This document shows, in pieces, positions 30,849 through 43,595 of a stretch of DNA of 64,000 bases; position 1 is the stretch's first letter, and every line of letters starts with the position of its first letter. A program made the translations under genes and the position numbers. The DNA lies in contig CM059441.1 in the NCBI GenBank assembly GCA_030390025.1, positions 4,774,001 through 4,838,000 of the forward strand, read 5' to 3'. Origin of the DNA: Squalus acanthias. Its lineage: Eukaryota. The notes under the pieces are model-generated. The model searched no databases, was not told the origin of the DNA, and saw only the letters and a program-made list of their open reading frames with translations.

Positions 30849-31704
30849 TCCATATATCCATTCGTTCATCCAGACTTACACACAGTTCAGCAACTATAAT
30901 TGGTTGGAGATGTTAGGTACTAATTTCAAACCATGAACAATCAACATTACATTTATTTAAATATCAAATATCTTTGGGATGAATTATTGCAAATGTTAGA
31001 AAGACACACAACAAACAGATCCAGGATTTGTTTAAAAAAAAACTGTTCAGAAACACAACAATTAATTTGTACTAAAGACTTCAATAAAGTTTGATTCAAA
31101 ATTAACTGGATTTCTATGCCCACAGTAATACTCAGTTCACAGCCCAAACAGCAAAATGTTTTTCTTTCAAGTAAAGCAATCAATAGCTTCTGATCTGAAA
31201 AACAGATCAATCTTCATTCCTCCGGTGAGATTAGTTCCTAATCCTACCCTTAGAAATGACTCTTTACACATAGGTTTAAAGCTATAATTTTGAAAGGATT
31301 TACTTTTCTCTGCATTTACAGTCCCCCTCCCCCTTCCAGTGCAAATAAAAATTGCTCAGAGAATCTTGGATCTCCAGAGAAAAATTATGCACTCCCACTC
31401 CCACTCTCAAGACACTTAAACATAAATGATCAGAAGTGGAGCTCAGCACAAGCCTGTAAACAAGTATATGCAGAGCTCTCTTCTTGGCAGGATAAATGAC
31501 TACAACTTAGTAAGAACCGATACTTCAGGACAAGTCGCTGCTGTATAGATGCATCCTGAGGAAAAAGCAGCCACATTTGAGATTAAAGCAGGCGCAGGTT
31601 TATGACTTGACTATAACTCCCCATAAATGCATTCATCAAACCACATTCACATTTCTAAATCCTTTATAAAAAATACAGTACTGATATCTAAGCGCAGTAT
31701 TTAC

Positions 31705-31788
31705 CGTTGTGATTTGTTCCTAGTTGAGTTCTCTGCTGTGCAATTCTCCTTTTAAGATAGCTAGCTTGCTTGCTGGGCCTTTTATATA
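31705..31788 (-). promoter_or_regulatory. MLN TATA box (TATATAAAA, 31788-31780) and short non-coding first exon (about 31757-31705)
   Basis: TATA followed about 75 nt later by donor ACG|GTAAAT; the ATG-bearing exon has an acceptor just upstream of the ATG, which requires an upstream non-coding exon as in mammalian MLN. Confidence 0.65.
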
Positions 31789-34700
31789 GTTGGGAGGTAA
31801 TTATTTTATTGTATGGATCTTCCTTGTACCGTAGCAATATAAAGCATTGCCTTCTGAAACCAAAAAAACCTCCATTAAAATATTTAGTTTTCATAGAAAC
31901 AAAGGTGTTTCCTATTCTCTATAATTACCCTTAAAAGCACACATCCTTGAAATGCAATAAATATTAAAAATATTACTTGTAGGTTTGTATTCAAAAATCA
32001 CATTACAATGTGATGACAGTTAATGTATATTGATTGATAGATTATTCAGTTGTCCAGATTATTCAGTTGTCCAGATTTGTGCAGTATTATTTTTATGGGT
32101 TGTATTTTTTTGATAATATTAGCATTAAAGTCATTATCCAAATGTCAGTGTTAATTTCTGCTTTACTATATTTTTATTTATTACAGATTTAGCATTTTTA
32201 AAAGCCAAATCATAGGTTCAGTTTAATTTTCTAAATGAAAAATAAACCAAAAAATATTTTTCTGTCCAATTAGGAGCAATATTATTGGTAACAACATTAG
32301 TGAAAAATGTTATAAGTTAAAATCAAAGTTGTAGATTTCAAGTTCTGATAGATACCCAACAATGTTTTATTTACATTAAAAGAAACTGTCTGATCTTATG
32401 TAGGCATAGCATGCCATTGTGTGCTTCTGATATTCGCTGGATGCCAATTTCACAATTTCACTAATCTGTAAAAAAGATAAAGAAGTTTTTTCATACGCCT
32501 CCTAGGCCTGAACAATTCTATCACCTTTGCATTGATTTAAATGGATTTTGGGTGTCCAACAATGTGAAAGCGGCAGCAGAGCTCAGGTATCAGATTCAAA
32601 TACGTGCACTAAACCAACTGATGTGAGACTCCCTCCGAGAGGCCTTCTCACACTGGTTTGAGTTTTCACCCACTGCAGTATTACTCCAGCGCCATGTGAT
32701 ATTCTATTGTAAACATGCCCAGGCAATCCACCTGGGAACTTTCAAAACTTTGAATTGAATCTTTTTAATATTCTAATATTATGAGAGAATGAATTCTCCC
32801 AGCTTCTCAATTTGTTCGCAAATTGTAACCAGCGCTTATAATGATGGCACGAGTAAGGGTGCATTGATTCAATGGTGTGAAGGACTGGAATAGGCAGCCT
32901 TACCCTGCTTTGGGTCATTGATGCCAAAGCTGGTTTAAAAATGTAGCTCTCCTGAGCATGTTATACACTTGCACAGAATTGAATTAAATGTTTAGAGAGT
33001 GCAGACATTTCCACTCACACTTTCAAAACATTTAAAATTGATGATTGGAAAGGGAGCTTAGCACGTGCCAGTAACCACACACATCCAGTTCTTTCCTGGG
33101 CAGGAGAATTCCAGCCTGAGCCAAGAAATACAACTGTCAACTTCTTGGCTCGAACAGATACTTCAAACTGATAGCTGCTGCATAAATGCACTCTAAGAAA
33201 GAACAGTTATACTTGAGGTTAAAGTAAGGACAAGTTTATGATTTGACTATAACTCCTGTAAAGTCGTACTTAAAAAGTGCCCAGGCAATCCACCTGGGAA
33301 CTTTTAAAACTTTTTGTGACATCTTTGTTAATATTATGATAGAGTGAACACTCCCAGCTTCTCTCTACTAACATTAAAAATGAGCTACACAAAAAGTAGA
33401 CTTCCGCGCATGTCTCCAAGAGCATAGATCTTTTCTGGCTGACCGTACTGGGTCCTGGAAAGATATGCATCTAGCAGTCTAACTCTGGTCTTCTAGCTGT
33501 GCATTGCGGTCCACAGATACCAGCCTGAGACTGGGAGTTGCAGCATAATGGCAGCCCCAATGACCAGGCTCCCTCATTAATTGTAACTCTGGATTTCTGC
33601 ACTAATGGAGACAGATTGCAATTTATAAAAGTGAGAGTTTCCCCCATTAATACAGGTTGTTATAGAAGTGTTTAACTTTAACATACAGATCAGGAAGATC
33701 ACGAGTTTGATCCCCAACTCTGCTGTTAGCTGATAGTAATCAGATGGAAATAGAGACATTTACAATTCATCTCAGTCTTCCTGGGTTAGAGGGGGGAAAT
33801 CAGCTAGGAATTAGGCATGTGATAGCTATCCAGTAATGCCTGCTGGAAGTTCACTTGTGTCCGCAGAGGACAGGATCAATCTTGTCAATAATACCCACCT
33901 CAGTCAAATAGCCTGGTGACTGTCGAGGCTCGCGCATTAAGAATGGTCACTTGGTCAAGAAATACAGAATGATTGATACCTGTGGAAATGTACCTCATCG
34001 AGGAGTTAATGCCTTCATCAGAGGAGGAGAGAAGAAAATTGGGTGCATCATATTAGGCAGCACGCTATATGAACTGTGTAAGTGGGACAATATAGAGAAC
34101 ATTGATAAGAATCAATCAGAAAAATACTAGTTCACAGGATAGGCAACACTGACAGTTGAAGGAATCAATAAAACTAACTTCAGCTGTTTCTATAAAACTG
34201 AAATTAGATACGGAATAGACAAGTGATTATATTGAAATAAATAACTTTTGGATTCAAGGTTATTTGATAAATATTTGAATTGTTGCAAATTTTTATTAAT
34301 CAAACTACATTTCAGTGTTTAATGCTTAATGCTATGTTATTTGCAGAAGTTAAATGCATTTTTGTGTAGCCTTTTAATAGTTTATGAAATATAGCGTATA
34401 TACAAAAATACTATACTATCTCTGCAAAGTCTTTTCTAGCTGCTCCATATTGTAGTACATTCCTGTAGCTTATATTGAGTTCCATAGATCTGCTGTCAAA
34501 ACAGCAGTGTACAACCGCTTCTGTCAAGAACTGATGTAAAAATAGTGGCCTCACTAGGGAATATGGCATTCGATTTTATTACAGCATTAACAAGTGTTGC
34601 ACTGAAGGAAACTGGGAACCTCACCAAATACTCTAATGCCTTTGTAAAAATACACAAAATAATCCATCTCACTAATAACTGCAATAAATACAGGAAGCAC

Positions 34701-36439
34701 TTGGAAAAGACCTAGCTGCCATGGCTTTTATTGGTGTCACTTCAACAAATACAAGTAGATACACCAACAATATTATGTCCTTGGCATTTTTTAGTAACAG
34801 TTTGACCTTTCCAACTATCTGAGTCATGTATGATAACCTTGATATGACGTAAAGAGATTTACAGTTTGCATAAACAAGATTTAAAACAATTGTTCAGATT
34901 TTGCCATTTTAAGTAATTTAAGTAATTTTAGTGACTTCTGTTTATAAGGTAATATTTTGCCATGTTTTAGTTTATTATTTTAAATGACATCTTGCATTGT
35001 ATCTCATCTCTTGGTAAGGTCACCTTTATACTGAGTTTTATTCAGAGTTGTGTCAGTTGCAGTTGTGTGCCAGTAAGTTTTGTACATCTCTATCCTGCTT
35101 CATCCATCCCGGACTCACATTTTTTTTTTTACTTTTCTCTTTCAATAAAAACAGTCTGGGCATGATTAAAGCAATTTTAGTTTGTTGTTGTATGTATATT
35201 TTTTGAATGGTCAATAATATAGATTACTTTGTAACATTATATCAAATTGCAGTATAACAAATTGGATTGATTTTAAAGGAAGGTGATTTAAGATGAAAAG
35301 GTTATATTTAATGAATCAGAAAATGCGCAGGGTATTCGTTAAAGAAAAACAATTTTACTGAAGTTGATCGGAGTAGGCACTTTGAGCAAAGGAGGTTAGA
35401 ATACAGTAACAGGGGAACATTCATAGTGATATTTATATGGTGAGTTATTTCCTGATATTCATTGTTCACAATGTAACTCAACAGAAAAAAGGGAGCTATG
35501 TGCTATTGAAAATGAATGTCTACATTTGTAATCTAGGGTAGTTCTAACAAATAGATCACAATACTGTTCATAATATGGTCTGTCAAAAATTCTGCTGTCT
35601 TAATACGGGAACGGTAGCATAGTGGTAATGTTACTGGGTTATAACCAGAGGCCTGGGCGAATGATCCAGCGGCGGGGGGGGGGGAGTTCGAAATCCCACA
35701 CAGCAGCTAGGGAATTTAAATTGAATTAATTGAATAAAAAGCTAGTAACCATGAAACTATTGGATTGTCGTAAAAACCCATCATTAGTGAACCTAGGGAA
35801 GGAAATCTGCCGTCCTTCATTTGCAACTATCTTCAGCAGGCGCATGGGAACACCACCAACCTCCAAGTCAACACTATCCTGACTTGGAAGTATATCTGCC
35901 GTTCCTTCATCGTCGCTGGGTATAAATCCTGGAACTCCCTCCCTAACAGCACTGTGGGAGATCCTTCACCACATGGACTACTGAGGTTCACGACGGGCTG
36001 CTCCTCACCACACCCATTAGCGATGCGGCCATAAAGGCTGAGCTATGCCAAGTGCCACGCCCACCCATCCACATGAATGTAAAAAAAGGTTAACATCTAC
36101 TCTGCAATAATACTGTTATCCATCTTAATAAAATATACCACACCTTCCTATAACTGTATCATTACAAAGTCTCCTCTATCACAACCTATTCCATAGTCCT
36201 AACTCAGACTATGTTTAACTGGTCGAGTAACTATAGAACATAGCAATCTCGGAGCAGGAGTAGGCCATTCGGCCCTGTCGAGCCATGACTCCACCATTCC
36301 AACCACGATCATGGCTGATATCCCAATCCAGTACCCTGTCCCTGCTTTAATCCCCACAGTACACATATCCCACCCTAGCCCCCATAACCCCACGTATTTA
36401 ATTCCCCCTAACATATCCCCACCTATCCCCATAACCCCA

Positions 36440-36660
36440 CCATATTTAATCCCCCCCTAACACTAAAGGTCAATTTATCATAGCCAAATCAACCTAACCC
36501 ACACATTTTTGGACTGTGGGAGGAAACCGGAGCACCCGGAGGAAACCCCACGCAGACACAGGAGAATGTGCAAACTCCACACAGACAGTCACCCGAGGTC
36601 AGATTCGAAACCGGGTCCCTGGCGCTGTGAGGCACAGTGCTAACCACTATGCCACCGTGA
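36440..36660 (-). mobile_element. V-SINE (HE1-like), truncated
   Basis: Minus strand cacggtggcatagtggttagcactg...ctgtgtggagtttgcacattctcc...gggtgctccggtttcctcccacagtcc (V-domain). Confidence 0.8.
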
Positions 36661-37117
36661 CTTATGGAATCTATTTACAGCATTGCAGTACCTGTATTGT
36701 ACTGTCTCGCTGCAAATTGCACTCATTGGGTTAGTAAAGAGCCTTGTGCAATTTACTCATACCAATGCACAGAGGTTACTTTCAGCTGATATTTTGAGAG
36801 CATTAGCATGAATGTCCACTTTTTTGACACATTACAAAATGCTCTGTGTAAGTTTATAAAATTCTCGAGGTTTTTAAAACCAATTTTTGCACTGCAAGCA
36901 TCAAAAACCAAGAAGGGTAAGATTGCCTCCACACATGACATCACCCTACTCCTCTCTGGACTCAGATCGGGATCTGACTCCAGAGTTAAACTGTAACTTT
37001 TGCATCCACAGCAATATAAAAGTGGCAGTATAACTGCACCCTCAAACTCTGAATGGAGAGTTGTAAGCTCTGTCCAAGGTCCTGAACATTCTTTGTCCTT
37101 AATTGATTGAGTAGAGT

Positions 37118-37617
37118 NNNNNNNNNNNNNNNNNNNNNNNNNNNNNNNNNNNNNNNNNNNNNNNNNNNNNNNNNNNNNNNNNNNNNNNNNNNNNNNNNNN
37201 NNNNNNNNNNNNNNNNNNNNNNNNNNNNNNNNNNNNNNNNNNNNNNNNNNNNNNNNNNNNNNNNNNNNNNNNNNNNNNNNNNNNNNNNNNNNNNNNNNNN
37301 NNNNNNNNNNNNNNNNNNNNNNNNNNNNNNNNNNNNNNNNNNNNNNNNNNNNNNNNNNNNNNNNNNNNNNNNNNNNNNNNNNNNNNNNNNNNNNNNNNNN
37401 NNNNNNNNNNNNNNNNNNNNNNNNNNNNNNNNNNNNNNNNNNNNNNNNNNNNNNNNNNNNNNNNNNNNNNNNNNNNNNNNNNNNNNNNNNNNNNNNNNNN
37501 NNNNNNNNNNNNNNNNNNNNNNNNNNNNNNNNNNNNNNNNNNNNNNNNNNNNNNNNNNNNNNNNNNNNNNNNNNNNNNNNNNNNNNNNNNNNNNNNNNNN
37601 NNNNNNNNNNNNNNNNN
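37118..37617. other. Assembly gap (500 N)
   Basis: Run of exactly 500 N, a typical scaffolding spacer. Confidence 0.99.
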
Positions 37618-37915
37618 TTTCAAAACTGCCGCCATCACCTCCTCCTCAAAAACACACCCTTGACCCTTCTGTCCTTGCAAACTACCGCCCCATCTCCAAC
37701 TTCCCTTTCCTCTCCAAAGTCCTTGAACCTCCTGTCGCCTCCCAAATCCGTGCCCATCTCTCCCGCAACTCCATGTTTGAACCCCTCCAATCAGGTTTCC
37801 TCCCCTGCCACAGCACCGAAACGGCCATAACCCAAAGTCATGAATAACATTCTCAGTGACTGTGACCCTGGTGCATTATTTCTCTGTGCCCTCATTGAGC
37901 CTTTGACATGGTTAA
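37618..37915 (+). mobile_element. L2/CR1-clade LINE reverse transcriptase fragment
   Basis: LDPSVLANYRPISNFPFLSKVLE...FEPLQSGFLPCHSTETA, canonical non-LTR RT N-terminal motifs. Confidence 0.88.
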
Positions 37916-39473
37916 CCACGCCACTCCCCATGCAGATAAGGAGTTAACCATTCCATTGAGGGTGGTAGCATCATAAAAGAGAGCAATGACACTTCTGGTG
38001 AGATAAACCAGGACGAAGATGAATATGGGAAGCAGAGCAGGGCCAAGCGCAAATCGCTGAGGGACTCCTGTGTGGGTGGTGTGATAAGATTTTGTTTTTC
38101 TAGCCTGTCCTCTTCATGTTTGTTTGTTTTTACTCCATCATCCCTCTTCATTTTGAAAGCAATCCTTTTTTCCAACTGAACATCATAAATAGGTTATAGG
38201 TTTCCTATATTCAAAATGTTTCTGTATTCCATGCTGTGTGTTTCCAGCATTTTCTGGTTTTATTTCTGTATTCCATTTTATTTCTCATGACCTCTCGTCT
38301 TTTCTTCTACTTTCCCATCCTTTCCACTTTTTCCTCAGGATTAACTGCTCTGTTCAAGTTCTCATTGATGTTAAATTGCAGTGTCTAATGTGGTGAAATA
38401 CTGTTCGTGGACGCAGGATACAATAAATTCAGGTATTTGCAAAATAGGATTCCCGCGAGTTAATTGTTTCAACAACCAATTATCACTTATAGTTCCACTG
38501 TTGAAATATTTCTGCTACAAAATCAAGGCATTTTTCCAGGGTGAGATGAATGTTTGGAAAAGAACACTGGATGATAAACCAGATGACCACATGAGACTTC
38601 AAATATTCAAAATTGTGTCATTAATGTTTTCATCCAGAATGCATTCTTATCTTTATTACAGTCTTTAAAATTAGCTTTCATTTGACAATAGTTTTTTGAT
38701 TGCTTTTGCAATTATTTGGGTCAGTTTCCTATAATATTATACATATTTTGGTATGAAAACGATTTCACCGATCTGTTTCTGGCCTTGTACCTGTATCTGT
38801 TTCGGTACTGGGTCTTCCCTCTATTATCTGTTCTGCCAAGACTATGAAGCTGTAAATACTTCTCTTTCCAGGCCTGAATGAGTTCATGGCATTATATGCT
38901 TTTATGCCAATGTTCTCTGGAAACTCATTTAATGTGTGAGCCTCTATAAAAATTAGTTCCAGATTTTCACCCTTGGGATTGAACCTATGTCCCAGAATAA
39001 AGAAGGTTGTTTATTAAACTGAGCCATTGGGGAGAATCTTAACGTTGAAGGACGCTTGGGTTTGGGTGTGGGTGGGGGGTGAAGTTCGCCAAAAATGTAT
39101 TGGGAAGCCGGGTCCAATACGTCGACTTCTGTGTTTAACTCGGGCATGTTGGGCTGGTTGCGCATAACCCCCTCGGAAGAGGCGGGTTAGTGATTTAAAT
39201 ATGCTAATCGCTCAATTGCAGTGATATTTCAAACCAGTTTTAAACTTAACGACGCATCAACAGGTTTCCCGAGCTTCCTGCAACTCGCTGTTGAAACCAA
39301 GGCGAGAACACAACGGCAATTCATGGGGCTTATTAAAGGTCAGGCAAATTCTCCAATAAATACTCAGTACTCACAGCTACTTTCTTACCTACGAGTGGGA
39401 AAAGGGTTTGTTCACGGTACTTTTACTGAGAGTTTACTTTCTACACTTTGAAGGTTTTCAGAATCACATCTGG

Positions 39474-40631
39474 ATGGGTGGCACCTTGGCTGCCTTAGAT
39501 TGGACCTTGGATGAGGAGCAATATGATCATTAGCAGCAACATCAGCCTGCTGTTGACAGACCTGCAGCTGGACAGCAGAGAGGGGAGCAGTAGAGGGGTG
39601 CAGCTCCCAGGAGGCACTACCTGCGGAACACGGTGTACAGAAAGAAGCAGCGCTTCCGAAAGCTCAGGTTGTCGTGTCAGGTGGTGGCTGACATCTGCAG
39701 CCTCCTAGAAGAAGACCTGCTCCTTGCTGGACCTGGTGGCCACGCATTACCAGTGGCTGTCAACGTGACCACTGCCCTCAACTTTTTTGCCTCCGGATCC
39801 TTCCAGGGCTCTGCCGGAGACACACCCAGGATCTCCCAGTCAGCTGCTGCCAAATGCATGAGACAGGTGACTGATGGGTTGTTTGGCAGGGCTGGCAATT
39901 ATGTAAACTTGGCCTGTGATGATGCCAGTCAGAATAGGTGGCTGCTCAGGTTTGCGCTTCTGGCTGGCTTCCCACAGGTGCAGGGCATCATCGGCTGCAC
40001 ACATGTGGCAATCCAGGCCCCCCCCAGATCAACCAGGAGTAATCGTGAATCAGAAGGGATTCCACTCCATCAATGTGGAGCTGGTGTGCCACCACAGAAA
40101 AAAGATGTCTTTGTGTGTGCACAAGATTCCCAGGGAGCTGCCATGATTCTTTCATCTTGCAGCAGTCCAAGCCCCCTGACGTCTTTGGACCTGAAAGCAG
40201 ACTGGCTGCTAGGAGACAAGGGAGACCCCTTTCAAACTTGGTTGATGACACCCATGAGACACCCAACCAATGAACCCCAAGAGTTGTACATTGAAAGCCA
40301 TATGATCACCAGATATGTCATTGAGCAAGGGATCGGCATGCTCAAGATGCGCTTCAGTTGCCTGGAGAGATCTGGAGGTGCCCTTCCACTCACCGGCCAG
40401 GGTCCAGAAATGATCGTGGTGTGATGTGCTCTGCACAACATTGTGCAGCAGCGAGGATTGGAGCTGTAGGAGGAACAAGGCGCAGAGCACATATCATGTG
40501 CGGACGAATCGGAGGAGGAGGAGGAGGAGGAGGAAGAGAAGGAGAAAGATGACGATGCTAATGCAGCACCAGCCACTCACATTGCTGCCTGGGCTACCAG
40601 GGATGCCCTTATTAATGCAAGCTTCAGTTAG
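39474..40631 (+). pseudogene. Harbinger DDE transposase pseudogene
   Basis: Motifs are split over several frames (for example NQKGFHSINVELVC and RFPGSCHDSFIL lie in different frames), with in-frame stops; the first catalytic Asp of the GxIDCTH motif is replaced by Gly. Confidence 0.88.
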
Positions 40632-40938
40632 CTACCACCACTGGACCGATGTCAGAACTACATCCAATGCCCACTCTCCCCCCCAACCCCCCACCCCATC
40701 TTCCAGTGAAACTGACACAAAGCAGTCCTGCAAACAACCAAGCTCCAATTGGCCTCAATCAATTTATGTCTTCCCATTCATCAACAAGCAACTGAAAGGA
40801 CAACTTGCCACCCAGCAACCAAGAATGGGCAACATGGGAAAGTGGTGCAAATGAATAAATTTTATGTGATTCTCCTAAAGAACGGAAACTTTACAACGTA
40901 ACATTTTCTCATACACCCATGTGCATACCCTTGTGCAA

Positions 40939-42165
40939 CTACAAAGCTTTACACTTCCTCTTCCTACTGCTCCTACGTGGTGTGACCCCTGTGGCTTCAG
41001 CAGAGGTAGAGGCAGGCTGCTCAGATCCCTGCTCTGACTGCTGAGATGCTCTTGACTGACAGCCTCTGGGTTTTGGAGCCCGTGAGGGGTCCGCCAAAAA
41101 CTGCTCCACCTGCACCTGTGCAAGGGCAGACTCGGCCATTGGGAGAGGAGGCAACAGGTCGGGTACTGACTGAGGGGTGGACAACAGGTGAGAAGTAGGA
41201 GTGCATTAGGTGGAGTTCCCACTTCCATGTCCCCTTTTGCTATCAACCCTCTCATGAGCCAGCTGCACTTCACTGCCACCACTGTAGTGGTGAGCAGATC
41301 GGTGCAGATCAGTGGGGTGCTATAAGGCCAAGGCTAAGGTATCTGTCATTCTATTTAAGGCGGCAGACATGTTTGCATCCAGGGTGTGCTTGGCCGTGGT
41401 CAAGGTGTGCATGGACTCATTTGATTGCCGTGTTTGATGTTCCACGGACCTGGCTACTCAATTGATGCAAAAAGACATCATCGCAAGGCCCTGCGACATC
41501 ATCCCACTCATGCTTGAAGCAGACTGTTCCATTCTGTCTGCAGTCGTGGTCAGTGTACTTGGAAGGCCTGTCAGCAATGCTCCCCCTAATTTTTTTTTGT
41601 GCGGTCCCTTTAAAATTGCTGTGCGTACGCTGTGCAACAGCTCTTCCAGCGGCAACAGCTTGTGAGTGGCCTGCGCGAGATCTCCGGATTGATGCATAGC
41701 TACACGCCTGCGCACCTTAGGGGGAACGTTGTCTGTCGGTACATCGCAAGTTCTCTGCTGTTGCTTAATGATTATCCTTTTCATTGACGGCCCCCGGGGT
41801 ACAGCATCCGTGTCCAGCTGAGCAGAGCTTGGACAGGCCTGCTCCCTCCGACGCAGACTCTGCACTGCTGTCCCTGCCACCACCATCTCTTGCTAACCTG
41901 TGAACTGTGAGTCACCAGGTGAAAACCCAACTCTCTGTCTAACTGGACCCACCGAAGTGCGAGTATCTGAGCTGGTGCATGGTAAGCATGAGTCCTGTGA
42001 CGGTGCACCCTCAGAAGGAATCAGCTTCTCGGAGGATTCATCATCCAAGAGGTCCATCGACTGCTGGTGTATGCGTGAAGGCCCTGGCGGAGAGAAAGGA
42101 CATGAATTAGTACTGGCAAGGTAACCATGTTGCAACTTATCATTCTGAAGATGATCATATTTCAC
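40939..42165 (-). pseudogene. Remnant C-terminal exon of the Harbinger accessory (Myb/SANT-type) protein
   Basis: Fragmented Ser/Pro-rich ORFs convergent with the transposase and a basic NLS-like C-terminus; the Myb domain itself was not seen. Confidence 0.55.
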
Positions 42166-42759
42166 TCGCTGCTGAAATCAAGTCAACATGACTGAGTCTT
42201 GTATGACATGTGTGTGGATTATATCACTTTTAATTTGTAAATTTTACTCTGTAAAATATTGTTTTGTAATGGTTACACAGGAAAAAAGGTTTCTTTAATT
42301 CATTTGCCACACATTGTCGTTATAATGTCACTTCCAAAACTCGCATCACTCCGCTCTGCACACAGACTAGGAAGGTTCCAAGTTCGATTCTCGACCTATG
42401 CTGAGTTAGCTGATTTTGGTGGCAGGAGGAGTACCACCTGGGAACTGGAAGGGGAACATTGGCCAGGCTTTCCGTACCTGATCAGCAGATTTTAGTATTT
42501 TTGCCAAAAGGTTTGGTGAAAAGGGCTAAAATACAATAGAATACGTACTCGACTCATAATTTCATGGTAGGCCATGGCAGTAATGGTATCACAAACATGA
42601 ATCTTATAGTATGAGCCTTAAGAACAAGCAGCGTGCTGATAGATAGTGCATGGATGGATGGAGGCTGCCAGTATAGAAAAGGACAACAGTAAAATTACCA
42701 CAAAAATCAGGACTAATGTAATTCAAATAACATTATTCAGTCTTCCTCTTTGGCTTAGA

Positions 42760-43105
42760 GGTTACACCTATCACATGGTGTGGTACTGAGCCATAGTGAC
42801 CAGGAAGGTCCCAGGTTAGGTCCAGGCTGAGTTAACTGATCTCAACTGAGACAATGGTGGTGATTGAGCTGGTCTCAGCATGTCTGGGCTAGTGAGAGGA
42901 AAATTAACTAGGACTCACACTCTACTGACCCCTACTGAACGTGTACTTCTGTGTGAATGCAGGTTGAGGACATGATCTGGCCAAACTGTGATGTCTCTGT
43001 AGTGAAATAACCTGTTGATATTAATCATCTGGGCTCGCAAATGGAGAAAGACCAGGTGTGCAAGGTACTGAAGCGCTGCTTTGACCCGTGGAACTGTACC
43101 TGAGC
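42760..43105 (+). mobile_element. Old tRNA-derived SINE (LF-SINE-like family); related copies at about 14690-15010, 18500-18900, 26270-26690 and 33690-34030
   Basis: Recurrent diverged motif ggtcccaggtt...gctgagttagctgatctcagc...ctgtgatg...tgtacc. Confidence 0.5.
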
Positions 43106-43182
43106 ACGAGTCCGAGTATTTACAACATTTGGAATTCTCCACCCCAGAGGGCTGTGAATGCTCAGTCGTTGAGTATATTCAA

Positions 43183-43595
43183 AAGTGAGAAGTCGCACAA
43201 CACCAGGTTATAGTCCAACAGTTTTATTTGAAATCACAAGCTTTCGGAGCGGCTGCTCCTTCGTCAGGTGAAGTGAAGGAATACAGATCGGCAAAGCATA
43301 TATAGATAGAGAACAATGCCTGTGCAGCGTACAATGTCAGACGACTACAGTTAATCTATCTGACTGCCTTTTATCACATCTCGGCAGAGAGACGATCAGA
43401 TCAGTCAGGAAGACATTATATCAAAGACATAGCAAAATACAACTGAGACAATGAGGTGGGGTCACAGGGGGTCTAATGTGTCAAATGCTGCAGTCTGTAT
43501 GGAAAACCATAAACTTTAAACTTTTTACTTTTTTTTACTGGAAATCACATCTGTGAACAAGCCAACGACGACTCGAGTCTGGATGACTCTACGTC
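43183..43595 (-). mobile_element. Truncated Penelope-like insertion inside a CR1 fragment
   Basis: Starts with the same sequence as 24672 onward; flanked by the direct repeat agtatattcaa. Confidence 0.7.
43234..43271 (-). ncRNA. Minimal hammerhead ribozyme motif (third copy)
   Basis: Minus strand UCAC-CUGACGA-A-GGAGC agcc GCUCC-GAA-AGCU-U-GUGA. Confidence 0.68.

Larger units (their letters stand above)
39028..42225. mobile_element. Decayed PIF/Harbinger DNA transposon (transposase on +, second ORF convergent on -)
   Basis: HARBI1-like motifs (TALNFFASGSFQ, GFPQVQGIIGCTHVAI, WLLGDKG, IEQGIGMLKMRFSCL, CALHN, acidic tail); a convergent fragmented ORF ends in RRSSRKRKCKAL; boundaries approximate. 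Confidence 0.85.

Noticed and set aside
37099-37847. ORFs spanning the N run
   Set aside because: Artefacts of translating through the assembly gap; only the RT fragment after 37618 is real.
39474-40631. Domesticated HARBI1 gene or active transposase
   Set aside because: Multiple frameshifts and stops, and loss of the first catalytic Asp.
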